From positions 1 to 64,000 of the forward strand of contig LWCA01000052.1 of the NCBI GenBank assembly GCA_001642005.1: 64,000 nucleotides of DNA. The letters are read 5' to 3'. The translations under genes were made by a program, and so were the position numbers. The stretch comes from Intoshia linei. Its lineage: Eukaryota; Animalia; Orthonectida. The notes under the pieces were generated by a model that did not search any database, had not been told where the DNA came from, and worked only from the letters and a program-made list of their open reading frames with translations. Position 1 is the first letter of the stretch, and each line of letters opens with the position of its first letter. Shown here in pieces: positions 39,101-52,098 of the stretch.

Positions 39101-40265
39101 TAAGTTATCAATAGAGTACCACTATAATAAACTATATTAATCTAAATTCAAAATCCTGTTACGGGTTCAAGATATTTTAAATAAAAAACAATTTTACTTA
39201 AAATTTTTTCTTATGGCCTGTTAAAATATAGATGAATTTAGGGTTCACGGGAAAAAGTTTAGATAAACTCAATTATATTATACGATAAAATTAAATACAA
39301 AAAAATAAAATTACTTGATATAAGAGTAAATATCAAAATCTGTAAAGATTGTCCCATAATAATCAAAACAATTTGCAACATAAAAACCGACATGAAAAAT
39401 TCTACAGTATAAATTGAGTTGCTGTAAAGCGTGTTCTGTCATCATGTATAAACTAGATACGACAATGACTTCATATTTTCTTAAAATGTTTAAACAACTG
39501 TCCACCTCATCTTCCGATTTGTGATTCAATAAACAAGTTTCTAAAACCATTTTAATCTGTTTTTCAGGTGTAACTTTGACATGAGGATTTAATTCTGATA
39601 ATTTTGATGCAACTGATTCCATAAGCTGAAATAAAAAATGACATTAATGAAACAAATTAATTGACACATAAAATATAAAATTTACAGTTTTATCCTCGAC
39701 TGTATCAACCAAAAAATTAGTATTTACATCTGATTCTGTAACTACTTTATCGTCATATACATCAATTGTTTCTATTCCGGCTAAAACCAAATTTTTACAA
39801 ATATCGGCACCAAGAGGGTTCAACCCAATTACAAGAATATTTGATGCTTTTAATCTAAACATTATATTATTAAGGTTACTATATTCTTTTGTCAGCAAAG
39901 AACCAAAAAAATATTTAGGAATATTAAGCTCAAATTTTTAATCCGATAAAAAAAGATTTAAATAGAATCATACCGTATCTACAAAATGTGCACATTCTAT
40001 TATTAGATTTACATTGCACAATGCTCAAAACGATACAAATGGTAAAATCTAATCATTTCAAGTAATTCCGAAATTTTTACGTATTCCTGGTTATTACGAA
40101 AGTAAAAAACCTTTTTTGAAGTTGAATACCCCACAACCTAATTTGTCGGTCATATCGGTCCATTTCCTCTTTGTTTTCAGTTTTATTGACAGGTGGACAA
40201 CCCTCATACTCTTTATAATAATTTATATTATTTTTGAAAGAATTTATATTCACTTTATCACTCAT
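36182..40265 (-). CDS. SAE1: SUMO-activating enzyme subunit 1 (AOS1), multi-exon
   Basis: RYDRQIRLWG..QKR|LKASNILVIGLNPLGADICKNLVLAGI, LSELNPHVKV, YGTIFTDF, SICSIVGGILSADVIK and HNFFVFNG. No catalytic-Cys domain. Confidence 0.9.
37318..38293 (+). mobile_element. Deleted hAT (Buster/ZBED-like) element nested in SAE1 intron
   Basis: TIRs cagggtatcttaa / ttaagaaaccctg and an 8-bp TSD ctctatct/ctctattt. Remnant coding sequence YVKYGFT..AQC, FPTTYLCEKAFSS and DMRVALSRTKPRYDKLV. Confidence 0.85.
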
Positions 40266-40482
40266 GAATTTTTTGTTTCTATAGAGATATATAGTAAAAT
40301 TTTGTATGTAACAAAAAAGTTGCTTTAAATTATTAATTAGTTTTCAATTTAATACTGGCATTCTCGCACCTCAAACTGTTCGCACTTCTTCCCGAATTTA
40401 TATTTAATTTTTAAGTTTTATAATTTAAAATTTTGATAAAATTGTGTATCTTTATTATCGTACAAAATAAAATTAAATTGAT
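40266..40482. promoter_or_regulatory. Putative bidirectional promoter, SAE1/SRP14
   Basis: 217 bp between divergent ATGs, containing a duplicated (tc)tcgcac motif at about 40363 and 40380. Confidence 0.5.
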
Positions 40483-42494
40483 ATGGTTTTGCTATCAAAC
40501 GAAACGGTTTAATTTTAAATTGAGACTATTCATTAATATTTAAAATACTAGTTTTTAAATGATTTAAACAATTTAATACAAAAAGCAAATGGATCCAAAA
40601 ATGGCTCATTATACCTTACCACCAAAAAATGTTTTAATTTTAATTTTAAATACCAATTAAAATTAATTTTTTATTTAGATGATGGACGAACCTGTCCAAA
40701 ACTCAAAGATAATTGTAAACCGACAAATAATTTGGTTTTAATTAGAGCCGTTTTCAATAAAATTAAAATTTCTACCGTGGTATGTATAAAAATATCCCTA
40801 TAATACATTTACTGGGTTCTATGTAAATCTTTTGGAATCAGATAGAGGAATTATTGATCTATGTTTGGTAAAATGTGATTTTTTAGAAAAATATTGGTAA
40901 AAGCTGTTTTTTTCCTTAAGGGTGGGTAAAATTAGGTTTTTTTTTGAATCGGATAGGAGCATTTTTGATTTAAAATTTTGGTAAAATAGGATTTTTCAAA
41001 ACAATATTGTTAAAATGGGATTTTTCAAATAAATATTGTAAAAGGGGATTTGTTCCTTAAGCGCTGGTAAAATTTTGGTTTTTTCTTATAAGATTTTACT
41101 AAATTGGATGATTGAATGAAATAAGCTGAAAATTTTAGATTCGCCCACAATCATCTAAAATTTTTGTATTCACAGCCTGGAGTTACCAGTCACCAACATG
41201 AGAAGCACTGTCGTAGAACGACATAATCATAGATTTGGTTAATTAATCATATTGATTTTTTCACACAATTTATAAAGATTTTGAAGGTAATTTTGGGATC
41301 AAAATTTGGTAAGGTTTTTAAGGGAAGTTTTAAATTCTCTATCTCACCAAATTTCCTATCTCGCCAACTTATAAATCTAAATCCCAAGAATGGCAAGTTA
41401 TATGGAGAATACTGTATATCTACTCTTATTTGTAAAAACTAAATTTAATTAAATAATATATTATTATTATAGTAAATAGTATTGTAAGAAAATTATCTAA
41501 CATAAAATTAAAATATGATATAAAAAATAAATAATTTTTTTAAAAAATTGTTAAATGATATGTAAAAACTAGCAACACAACATAAAATTTAAATGTTTTC
41601 TTTATTTTATATTTTGTAATAATTTATTTTTAAAATTTCAAAATTTTTAGTAAATAAGTCGGAAGGGTTAATAAAGTATCATTTTCGTATTTAGTTTCTT
41701 ACAAATTTTTTTAGTGTGAAGTTAAAGATGTCAACAAATTTCAAATGGTAATTTTATTATGATATCAAATAAATCAGCTTCAGAGAGTCGGAGGAAATTT
41801 TTACAAATCATTAATTAATGTTAAGATACTTTTTTCTGTACAATGTACTTTTACAATAATATCGCCCTGCATTCTCTACGGGTAATTCAGTAAGCAGAAT
41901 TTGGTTCTGCTTATTTATAATATAGTTTCATGTCCATTTTAAGTCCAATGGTCTCAAAATTCATAATAAAACAGGGCTGACTACATGGTCGCATAGTAAA
42001 TATCAAATTAATTAAATTAAATCTTTTTTTTGTTAGATTATCACCAATGTTTCTCAGTGTACCCTTTGATTATTTTTGCATTTAGCTCTTTTCGGGTAGG
42101 TAATTGAGCATGTTTAAAATTTATATTGATTACTTTTATTTTTTCATATGATTCACAGCGTTCTAGATAATTCTGCAAATTCCCGTGTAAGAACCGATAA
42201 CGTAATGTATTATACGACCAATATTATTATGATTTAATGTATTTTATGGATCTCACTAAATAGTGAATCACAGTAAAAAATAGAAGAGAACTAAAATCTC
42301 TTTGGTCAACTGTGATTCACTATTTAGAAATTTTTTACTTTGATTCACTGTTTAGTGTGACCGGTATTTTGTCATTCTCTTATAATTTTGTTAAGACTAT
42401 TTGAAAATTAATATTTTTAATTATTTAGGTTTATCTAAACAACTTGAAATGTATGTACAACACTAAAAAAACAATTTCCAATATGAAAGATTAA
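40483..42494 (+). CDS. SRP14: Signal recognition particle 14 kDa subunit, 5 exons (40483-40506, 40552-40630, 40679-40779, 41715-41747, 42429-42494); absent from ORF track
   Basis: MVLLSNET|FLNDLNNLIQKANGSKNGSLYLTTKKY DGRTCPK..LVLIRAVFNKIKISTV|CEVKDVNKFQM|VYLNNLK matches the SRP14 pattern MVLL..FL..L..GSV..T.KKYDGRT..KISTVV...VNKFQ.AY. Confidence 0.88.
40830..41210. mobile_element. hAT-type MITE, reverse copy of the element starting at 37079
   Basis: The end ccagtcaccaacatgagaagcactg is the reverse complement of cagtgcttctcatggggtgactgg at 37079. Internal ggtaaaa repeats are shared. Confidence 0.7.
42250..42366. mobile_element. Small Tc1-like MITE in SRP14 intron 4
   Basis: Inverted repeats cactaaatagtgaatcacagtaaaaaa / ttttttactttgattcactgtttagtg, with an extra internal copy. 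The right end is ccggTA. Confidence 0.65.
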
Positions 42495-42668
42495 AACTAG
42501 GAACCATGTTATCTAATTAAATATAATCACATTCTTGTGTTATAAATTGCTACGAGTTTTGAGTAAATATTAATTTAATTGAATTTTTATGATTTATTTA
42601 ATCTTTAATAATTATTTGCATATTTATCAATGCTATACTGAAGCACGTTTGATATTCAATATGTGAAT

Positions 42669-43175
42669 ATGGAATCAAATAAATTCAATATAGTGAAAGC
42701 AAAAAACAATTTGCGTATAACTTTCAATAAAGGAAAAATGTATAATAGCAAACAATTTGAATTGTCTTCAAAGGGAGTTATTCCTATCAATACCAACCAT
42801 TATCAAAAATCTGAATCATACGCTTGTTTGAATGAAGCTGCTCCCCGTAAAAAACGAAAAAGGAATTTTTCAAATGATTTTATTACACAATCTCGCGTCC
42901 GGCCCGTTTACGCTGTACCTGAAGTTATCACATCAACCAGACAACCTGGCAAGTCTTTTTTCAAAGATCCTCAACATCAACTTAAAAACCGAAAATTGAA
43001 AAAACCAATGTTCAAATTATTTGCTGCCATTGGGTACATTGCACTAATTTTTGCCCCAGCTGTAATTCTCGCCATTTACTACATTTATAATTGGTACCCA
43101 AATATCTTACTTTTGTACAGCAGTAATGTAATGAAAACTTACACATCCAATTTGTTCAATACAACAAAAGTATAA
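42669..43175 (+). CDS. Orphan single-pass membrane protein with classical NLS
   Basis: 168 aa, intronless. PRKKRKR and a basic stretch (KNRKLKK) precede the hydrophobic helix LFAAIGYIALIFAPAVILAIYYIY. Confidence 0.65.
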   Translation: MESNKFNIVKAKNNLRITFNKGKMYNSKQFELSSKGVIPINTNHYQKSESYACLNEAAPRKKRKRNFSNDFITQSRVRPVYAVPEVITSTRQPGKSFFKDPQHQLKNRKLKKPMFKLFAAIGYIALIFAPAVILAIYYIYNWYPNILLLYSSNVMKTYTSNLFNTTKV

Positions 43176-43200
43176 TTTTGTATATTTATTAAAAAATTTA

Positions 43201-46200
43201 TTAAATACATTTGTATATATGACTGTCCGGAACTTCGTCATTTTCACAGGCTTGGAATAAGAGAACTATAGAAAAATGGTTGTTTCCAAATTTGTCTGAA
43301 ACATCCTAATGAAGTATTAATTTACATAGATTAAATTTTTTTACGTTTATTAGTCCAAAGTTGTTCAGAATTTTGTTTATTTTGTTGATTTCGTGCAGTT
43401 GCTTCAATCGCCCAAAGAAATTTATGGTTATATCACAAAGGGGCATAAAGTTGAAATTATAGGCATATATGTTATTTTCGGGTACACCACATTCTTGCTA
43501 TATGAATTTTTACTAACATTTATCAATTCATTTTTACCTTTACAGCGTTAACGACGTTATTACCGGCTATGTACAAATTGACGGTCGATATCATTTCGTG
43601 GTTATTTACTGATGTAAATCTAAAATATTATACTTTTTATCTAATGTACCAAACTTTGATTTGAAAATATATTTGTTCAGAAGTGACATGTCTATTTTTG
43701 AGATATCAATCTAATTTAAATTAGATAGGTTTAAATACTCTTACCCAGCACTTTATAATATAGAATGGTCTTTTTATATCGGCATAGTTTATACCCAAAC
43801 GGGATAAAACACTGCCAAACTTTGATACATCATGTTGCTAAAAAAATGTTGAAAATTAAAATTAATTAGTGGTATTAGCATTGTAATTATAATATTAATA
43901 AAAATGTGTAAAAACTGGTGAAAAAAAATTACCTGAATGTTTGTTATTGAGTCTGCATGTACTGATAAAATTTCATCCGAGTAAACGTGGTTCTAATTAA
44001 TATCATTACATATTCAATTTTTGTATATACAGTAATAATCCTTAATAAAGACTATTAGCGGAAGTTTGAATTATTTTTTCTTAACGAATTTGTGTGAACC
44101 AAAAATTCCGTTAATAAAAATTTTAACTCTAGAACAGGGGTGTCAGAATCAATTTGCTTTGCGGGCCGCACAAAAAAAATCTTTACTCAAAAAATTATGT
44201 TAAAAGTAACAGATTTAATTAATTTTAATTAATAAAATAAAATATGAAACAATAAAAATGGAATAAGTGTAAAAATTGAAATAATGAATAAATAAATCAT
44301 GAAAAATATATGAAAAAATTGTAAAATAAGAAATATGTGTAAAAACTTGTTATAAAAAATAAAAATTTTTATTATAACGCGGGCAGCACATTCCATAATT
44401 GTGGCCTCATAATTGATACCCTGCTTTAGAATCTATTTTTACAGACTCATAATAATGAACTAATTTTTTTAATAATAGAAATCAATTTATTACATTTTTA
44501 TCATATTTTTAATAGATATTAAATTAAATAACGTTAATTAGAAATAATTACTATCATTGCGGAAATATCATTTTTAACTTTATTTTATTTCTGTAAATAA
44601 TTTAAAATTGATAAAATTTTTCATGAACCCTAAAAAACTGCTGTGGACCCCAGAATTCCACATGGACCCCGTTGATAATGTTTTCTGTATATTACTTCGT
44701 TATGTATTATTCAAAAACTCATAATAACAAGAAATATGACCATTTAATGGTTTTTATTTCAAAAAATTAAATTCCTGTATCAAGGGTGTTAGTACGGGAA
44801 AATTTCGTAATAATTTGAAAATAAGGACAAAGACTGTATAATTCAGTTTTGATGTCTCAATTCGACCGAAAATTATAAATTTCTTAAAAAATTAAATCCA
44901 ATTGAAAAAAAGTTGATAAGGCTGAGTTAGAATAATTAAACCTGAATACATTACAATATGTATGTTCAGGAAATTATTAAAATAATTGTGGTGTCAATTG
45001 AATTTGGAATCAGTTCATTATAACTGGTTTAAGTTTTTATTTATTGTAGAAAACAAAATATAATTATCCTATACATAATATTACGTACATAGGCTAATAT
45101 CAAAAGGTTAAATTCAAAATATACAACAGATACTACATTAAAATAGTATGTGGTGGTATCATACCACCACTGACATGCAACACGATAGAAAATACATTTT
45201 TTTATAAAAATTTTGAAATAATTTTGTTTCAGAAAGATTAAACTCCTAGATAAGAGGTTGCCAGATTGTGATATAAATATAATTGTAAATATGTAGGAGT
45301 TCCACAGTGGGACACATAAAAATTCGACAAACAAAAAATATACAACATTTATAAAGGCAGTAGCGAAACAGAAACTGCTCTTCATGCCCTAGACGAATTT
45401 TTTGTAAAATCGGGCCTCATATTTCCAATTAAACATTAAAAAATTAATGACTAACACGATTGTGAATCTCAATATATCCTTGAATATCAAACTATATTGT
45501 GGATAAATTTCAAGCCAAAAGCTATGGTGTTAAAGGATATTATATATTTTTCGAAAAAAAATTTTAATAGCTTATTTACTTTCGGTTGTCTCGATTATAG
45601 TAGGTTTAGCTCTGAGTGGAAGGAAATCGCCTAATTTAGCTAGTACAAGAAATTTAATTAATTGTGGTGTCAAACAAATTTTATTTAGAAATTTAGAGTC
45701 ACACTTTGAATATTTGTCAAATTTCTAACACATTATTTTTGTAATTCAAAGGATTTCAAAATAATAGTATGATTTAAGTCCTGTGAATAACGTACGTAAG
45801 ATGTGTTGTTTGTTAAACATGTTTCTAAGATGCTAGAAATTTAAATCAAAGAAAAAAATGTAAGGCACATGTAAGCAAAATACTGAAAATGTCGACCCGT
45901 GAAAAGTTCTATAATATTAAACTACTTAACCGTTAAAATATATTTTAATCGTTGTCTGTTTAATTAAATTATAATTCAATAACCTAGTCCTAGAATTTTA
46001 AAAAACAAAAATTTTCAGTCTAAATAGAATTACTGTTTGGTATTGGAGTAATATTAAATAAATTTTATCTTCAGAAACGAATTTGACCAGATTGGCCAAA
46101 TTTGTATTTTTATATATGCAATATTGGTAATCAAAAATAAAAATTTCAATACCCAACAATCCTAGTTGACATCATATAAATGTAATTAAACAGTAACAGT

Positions 46201-48145
46201 AAAAACTACATGTAGTCGAAACATATCATAAATTACAAAGCTTAACAAGCCAAGTACATTGTATATTGATATCAAAGACAAAAAGTTGAAAATCACATTT
46301 TTTTACCTTTGTACTCAAGGCTGGGTCAAACCTACACCACCGATACCATCTTCGGCATAGACGAAATTTTTCCAAATTGAGCATTAAAAAATTATATTCT
46401 TGAAAATCAATTATTTTGTGTTAAATTTAAAATGTCAATTCAAGACCATTAGAGAGATCGCTAAGGGCTGACACTACGTACCGTGTGTGAAAAATTGTTT
46501 TGGAATTCATTTTTCATTTTAGGGTGGCCTCGAGCTGAGTAGGTTCGGTTCTGCATACACCAATTGAATTAATAAATAATTAATGTTTATTTAAAAATAT
46601 ATATTATAATATAAGTAATTCTTCAATATGCAGTAATTGCATTGCAATTATGTTGATGTAGATATTGTCCCTGAAATTTTTCAACTTTTCCATTAAGCCT
46701 AAAAGCCAAAAGTCGGTAATAGTTTATTATCCCATTTATGCAAAGTGTACGTGACTTAAAAACATGCGTTATTACAAATAACAACTTATTACTTACACTC
46801 TGTTAATAGTTCTACTTAGCCACTTGCAATGACGTGTATAAACAAACGAAAAATTAAAATTTACAAAAATATTTTGAGATAGACACACATAACCCAGATA
46901 GAAAGTTGCAGACACTTAATTATATTGATGTGAATTAAATGTGACAAAATAATAGTTTTTAGAAATACATAATCAAGATTAAAAAAATTAATATTTTGAC
47001 CATTATCTTGAACAGTGAAATAACTATTAAGGCTTACATTTGTTTTTGTAAAAGTTGGATCAAGAATAGCTACATAATTTGATAATGCCAAATTTTCATC
47101 CCCAACTGTGTCACATAATCTAAAATATAAATCTAGTTACATTAAAAATATAGGTACAATCAAGACGATGAAACCCACTTAAAATGATCCAATAGTGGTG
47201 GAATTTTAGGAAAACTAAATCAATACTATATGAATAGAATAAATAAACGAATGTAAATGGAACGATAATATAAATAAGCAAAATTTGTGGACAATGGACA
47301 ATGTTGTCACAAGACAACGTTTTTCTAGATAATATGATGGAAAATCATCATGGATTTCGAACTGAATGTTGATTCAATTAAACGTACGAAACACATCTCA
47401 CAGGAAATGATTGATTTTGTAACAATTACATTTAATCATATTTAAATTTAATTATCCACTTTTTTAAAATGGATAATTTCGCATTTTGAATATCTAATTT
47501 TAATCGTATGCACATTTATTTTGTGAAATAATTTAAATTGTACAGGTAGTATAATATAATAATAGCTATTCTTGAATAAAAACGGTAAGTAAAATTACAT
47601 GTTTGAACTGGATGAATTATTTCCCTAAAAACAAATTAACAAGAAATAACCACAATGCAACCTTGATATTGATATATTCCTTGGATTTACGTCTCGCGAG
47701 AACCTGAATATGACTGGAAACTTGTTTTCTAGTCCTACTTTTACCCGTACGCAACTTTATGTACCTGGCAATCAATTCGTTACGACCTGAATTGAGATGT
47801 AATGAGAAAAAATAAAGAGGTATTGTTACCGTACATCTTTCCTTCGTTGGAAAGTATAATTTTACGTCGCCCGCAGGGCGGATAAATAGCCAGAGCCTCC
47901 TGGAAACTTTGTTCAATGTCACATGACCAAACTCCTTCCGCATCGACCGGAGTGAGCTCTGAAGAAGAAAGATTTTTCTCATCGAGAGATTCATTTGAAT
48001 TTGTCAAATCTTTCTTTGTATATGATTCATTATTGTCATACTTGGATTGTACGTTCGTAATGTACGCATTCAAATTTTCAATATTTTTTATGGACAAATT
48101 GCTAATTTTCTTTATAGGTGAATCCATATGCGAGTGGGGAATCAT
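43201..48145 (-). CDS. TEAD: TEAD/scalloped transcription factor, multi-exon
   Basis: TEA domain [39 protein letters not shown]|[33 protein letters not shown]. Divergent YAP-binding-domain exons at 43201-43995 ([32 protein letters not shown]). Middle exons are uncertain. Confidence 0.92.
44135..44423. mobile_element. hAT MITE in TEAD intron; reverse copy at about 60430-60715
   Basis: TIRs caggggtgtca / tgataccctg and an 8-bp TSD ctctagaa/ctttagaa. Confidence 0.8.
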
Positions 48146-50245
48146 TTAAAACTAGTCTACTGATAATATTTTATCAACATTAAAATTTGACTGATGAATA
48201 CACAATACAAGTTGAGATTTTATTATCTATGTAAACAAAATTATGCGTGTTTGAAATCGAACTATCACTGAGTCAAATTATATCATTGTGCCTATAAATG
48301 TGTCGTTGACAGAGTTACACTTGAATTTAACAACAGTTTAACGGTGTGATTATCGTCATTTCAGTTTTGTCTACCTGAAAATTAGACACTTTATTTCTAT
48401 ACATTCCATAAATAGAGGGTGTCATGTTTACTTAATTAAATTAAAATTATTTTAATTTTTTATATTTTATATAATTCCATTTATAGCGCAGATGTTTTCT
48501 TTATAAACAAATCTCCATTATTTATTATGAATCAGTTTGATATTTTTTTGAATTATAATTAATAGTATATTAATTAATTTGCAAGAATTTGTCAGCGTAT
48601 TACCGTTATTTTAAATATTTTATTTTGATTCATTATTTCGATATAAAATTTATTTTAAGTATATTCACTTGAATGATAGATTGACTATCGATATTAATTT
48701 AATATTAATCAATAAAATTATTGAATTTGTGAATCGAGAGGCCTGGAACGAAATATTGGACAAATTAATTTTTACAGCTTATTAGGTAAACTAGATTTTT
48801 TAAAAAATTGAATCTTTTTACACATTTCAGTTCCTAGTTCCAAAGTGGAATATAGTTTCATAACAGATTAACATGATTGTTTAATCAATTTAGTCAAAAT
48901 TAAGATTTATAAATCGTTGTATAAGACTTATTTTTGACCTACCCTTGTTTGATTGTACAACTGTATTATCAACTAATAATTTTGAATTAATTTCATGCGA
49001 AACTCGTATTCCAAATATAGTAAAGTGAAAATTGTGCATCAGGCATGTATAACATGATATTTTTAAAATTTGACCTAATACGGACAATATTATTAGACTT
49101 TTAATTTTAGTGTATCGGTTAATTCTCATCTTGGTAACAAATGTGTATTCATCATGAGACAAAATATTAAATACGTTAATCCTCTTAGAGTAATATAATA
49201 TACTAATAGAGATTATAATTAATCGATTTAATTAAATTTTAATTAAAAATATCATACGGTTCCGACAATATGTCATGGTAGGTGAACAAGCGATTTACTA
49301 TGAAATAAGCATTTATTAAAATCATCATTTACCAACTAAATTTTAGTTACTTGCTAAAATTATTGTTTTATAAAATCTGTATAGACTTGGCTGGTGAAAA
49401 TAAAAATCTTGGTAAAGTATACAATCATTTTATTACAATTAGTGTTGATAACCGGTTAATTTAATTCTAAAATACAAACAATAAATAAAAGATAAAGATG
49501 TTGTGCGACTACCTTGTAAAGATGGTTTAAGCTTTAATGTTATACCCAAGAATTAATTCATTCGGAATCTTTTAAAAAATATAATTGATAATTTACCACC
49601 AAAGAGTCATTCTTCCGTAAAAAATATTATTGTGAGATTTGCTGCTGACAAAAAACAATTACAAAAATATTATAAAGAAAAAATTTAATTGGGCACTAGG
49701 TATTCTCTAACCCTAGATGAGTACACTTCCATTAAAAACGAACGCTACATAAACATTCATGAGAAAGCAAAAAATTGGTCATTGGGTCTTATGAAATTAA
49801 ATGGATCAATTTGTAATACTAAACAGATTGAAATACTTTTCAAAAAATTAAAAGAATTCAACATTTATCAAAATATACTCATAGTTGGATGTACAATAAA
49901 TGAAGCGTCAGTTAAATTTAGAAAAGATGTTGAACCACTTCACCAAATCTGTATAGCTAACACAATCCATTTAGCGATAAGTGATACACTATGCACCTCA
50001 AATAATGATAATAATCTTTCAGATTCAGATACTGAAAGTGAAGACATCTATGTAGAAAAATTTGACGATTTCGAATATATTGAAAACATAACATCTTGAA
50101 TTAAACGAAAACTATAAAAAAATTATAAAGTAAGAATAATTAGTAAAATTTTTAGAAAATCTTCGATTAAAAACGAAAAATTGCAAGATTTCGTTTATGG
50201 CGAATTTGCTAAAGAAATCAATCTATTAGTCAACATTAAAATTAG

Positions 50246-50523
50246 GGCGCACTATCAAAAGATCATAAATCATAAGATCGTAAAAATATACTAATATTCG
50301 AATTTATAATTGAATTGGATGAAAAAATATTCTCTGGTGTAAACACCACAGAATATTTCTATTTTTTTTGTAATATGGTTTGTAGGTATAATATGGTATC
50401 TTAATATTTCAGTTTTAACTTATATCTGTAGATCTACGATCAAATATTATCATATATTAAAATAAATATTAACTACGATTATAAAATACGATCTTTTGAT
50501 TTACGATCATTTGAACGGACACG
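50246..50523. mobile_element. MULE-like MITE with 9-bp TSD
   Basis: Perfect TSD taaaattag at 50237-50245 and 50524-50532. Imperfect TIRs of about 37 bp (tcaaaagatcataaatcataagatcgta / tacgatcttttgatttacgatcatttga). Confidence 0.8.
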
Positions 50524-50545
50524 TAAAATTAGATGGAATAGTCTA

Positions 50546-52098
50546 CACTGCGCGACAAAACTATATCACATTCATATAACTTCATGAATATTCTTTAAAA
50601 ATTATGATTTTGTTAAAAAATTTATACCCTATTATGCAACAGTTTATTGTTATACTGGAAACAAAAAATTAAGATCGTTTGTTAATTTTATAGAACTTGA
50701 ATATCAAATAAACTTTTTATTCCAATTTCAACTCGCAACAAAAGTGTGCTATACAAAGTAATTTTAAGAATTTTTATTGTCTGTTTATAGTTTTGGTCAT
50801 ATTTTTGGCAATAATTTTATAAAAAATTTAGATCATTGCATTAATAATCCAAAATATGCCTCGTGGGAACCTTTCTTTCAGATTATGTGAAAGGTCAAAT
50901 TGATGCTTTATTGTCTGAAGGAAAAATGGTCACATATATTGCAAAATCCATAGGAAGAAGCCACAAAGCCATATATAACTATATTAATAGATCAGGATCT
51001 TTGAATACACCAGCAAAAATTAAAATTACCGGCAGACTTTCAAGATTAACATGTAAAGAAAGAAGAAGGATAATTAGAAAAGCCTCAAATTCTGTCTTAT
51101 CGGTTAGAGACACAAGAGATAAGCTAGATTTGAATAGTTTTGTACGGACAATACAAATAGCTTTGAAAGCCTGTCCACATATCGAACGCCGAAAACTCAA
51201 ATGGAAACCATTTTCTTATCAGAAAAACATCGAAAAGATAGGATGACGTTTGCCCGTGAAAATTTAAAAACAAACTGGTTTTCTTCTTTTCTTTTTTTCA
51301 TACAAAAAAAGGTTTAATTTGGAAGGTCCTGATGGAGAGTCGCATTATTGTCACGATTTAAGAAAAGATGAAATGTCTAAAATGGGAAGAAAGTTTGGAG
51401 GGGTAGTATTATATTATGGGCAGCATTTGGAGTTAACACGGACAGCAAATTATGCTTTATTAACATAAATATGAATTCTAAAGTTTATATTGACGTTTTA
51501 AACAACTACCTACTACCCTTTCGAAGGTCGTTCAAAATATTTCAGCAGGATAATGCATCAATCTCAAGAAACAAAAAGGTGGCTAAATTCAAAGAGGTTG
51601 AATGTTTTGGGATGGCCGGCATGCTCTTTAGATTTAAATCCTATTAAAAATTTATGAGCAGTTCTTTCTCACATGATATATAAGAATGGCACATAATATG
51701 TGTTTATTAATAATAATACAGAAATTTAAATGAGTTAAAAACGGCAATTGAAAGTCTGGACATCCATACCAGCAATTACCATTTCTAGCATGGACGACAG
51801 GATTTTTGAGGTTATAAAGAAAGATGGTGGCCACACGCATTATTAAACAGTATTTATATGATATATTTTGATCAAAAATAAAATGATAATTGTGCTATAG
51901 TTTTGTCACACATTAAATACTTATATTTTCGATATTTAGTCATTATTATTTTTTTACTTACCATATTATAATTTCGACGGTAAAATATTTATTTGAATGA
52001 CACTGAGTAGATTTCTTAATGTAATAAATTTTACTTTTTAAAGATAATTTGGAAATATCATCAAAATTTTAAATGTGCTATAGTTTTGTCGCGCAGTG
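50546..52098 (+). mobile_element. Full-length but inactive Tc1/Tc3-like transposon
   Basis: TIR cactgcgcgacaaaactata(t/g)cacatt at both ends with TA TSD. Transposase MPRG..HTH, FNLEGPDG, FQQDNA and WPACSLDLNPIKNL carries frameshifts and stops. Confidence 0.92.

Noticed and set aside
41889-41914. Short hairpins taagcagaa-tttgg-ttctgctta and catagcatat..atatgctatg (52931-52957)
   Set aside because: Too short for a pre-miRNA, and compatible with chance or MITE debris in AT-rich DNA.
45041-45385. 114-aa hydrophobic ORF in a TEAD intron (likewise 29397, 29530, 34036, 34552, 48890)
   Set aside because: F/I/L/K/Y-rich composition is expected from AT-rich non-coding DNA, and there is no motif or splice support.
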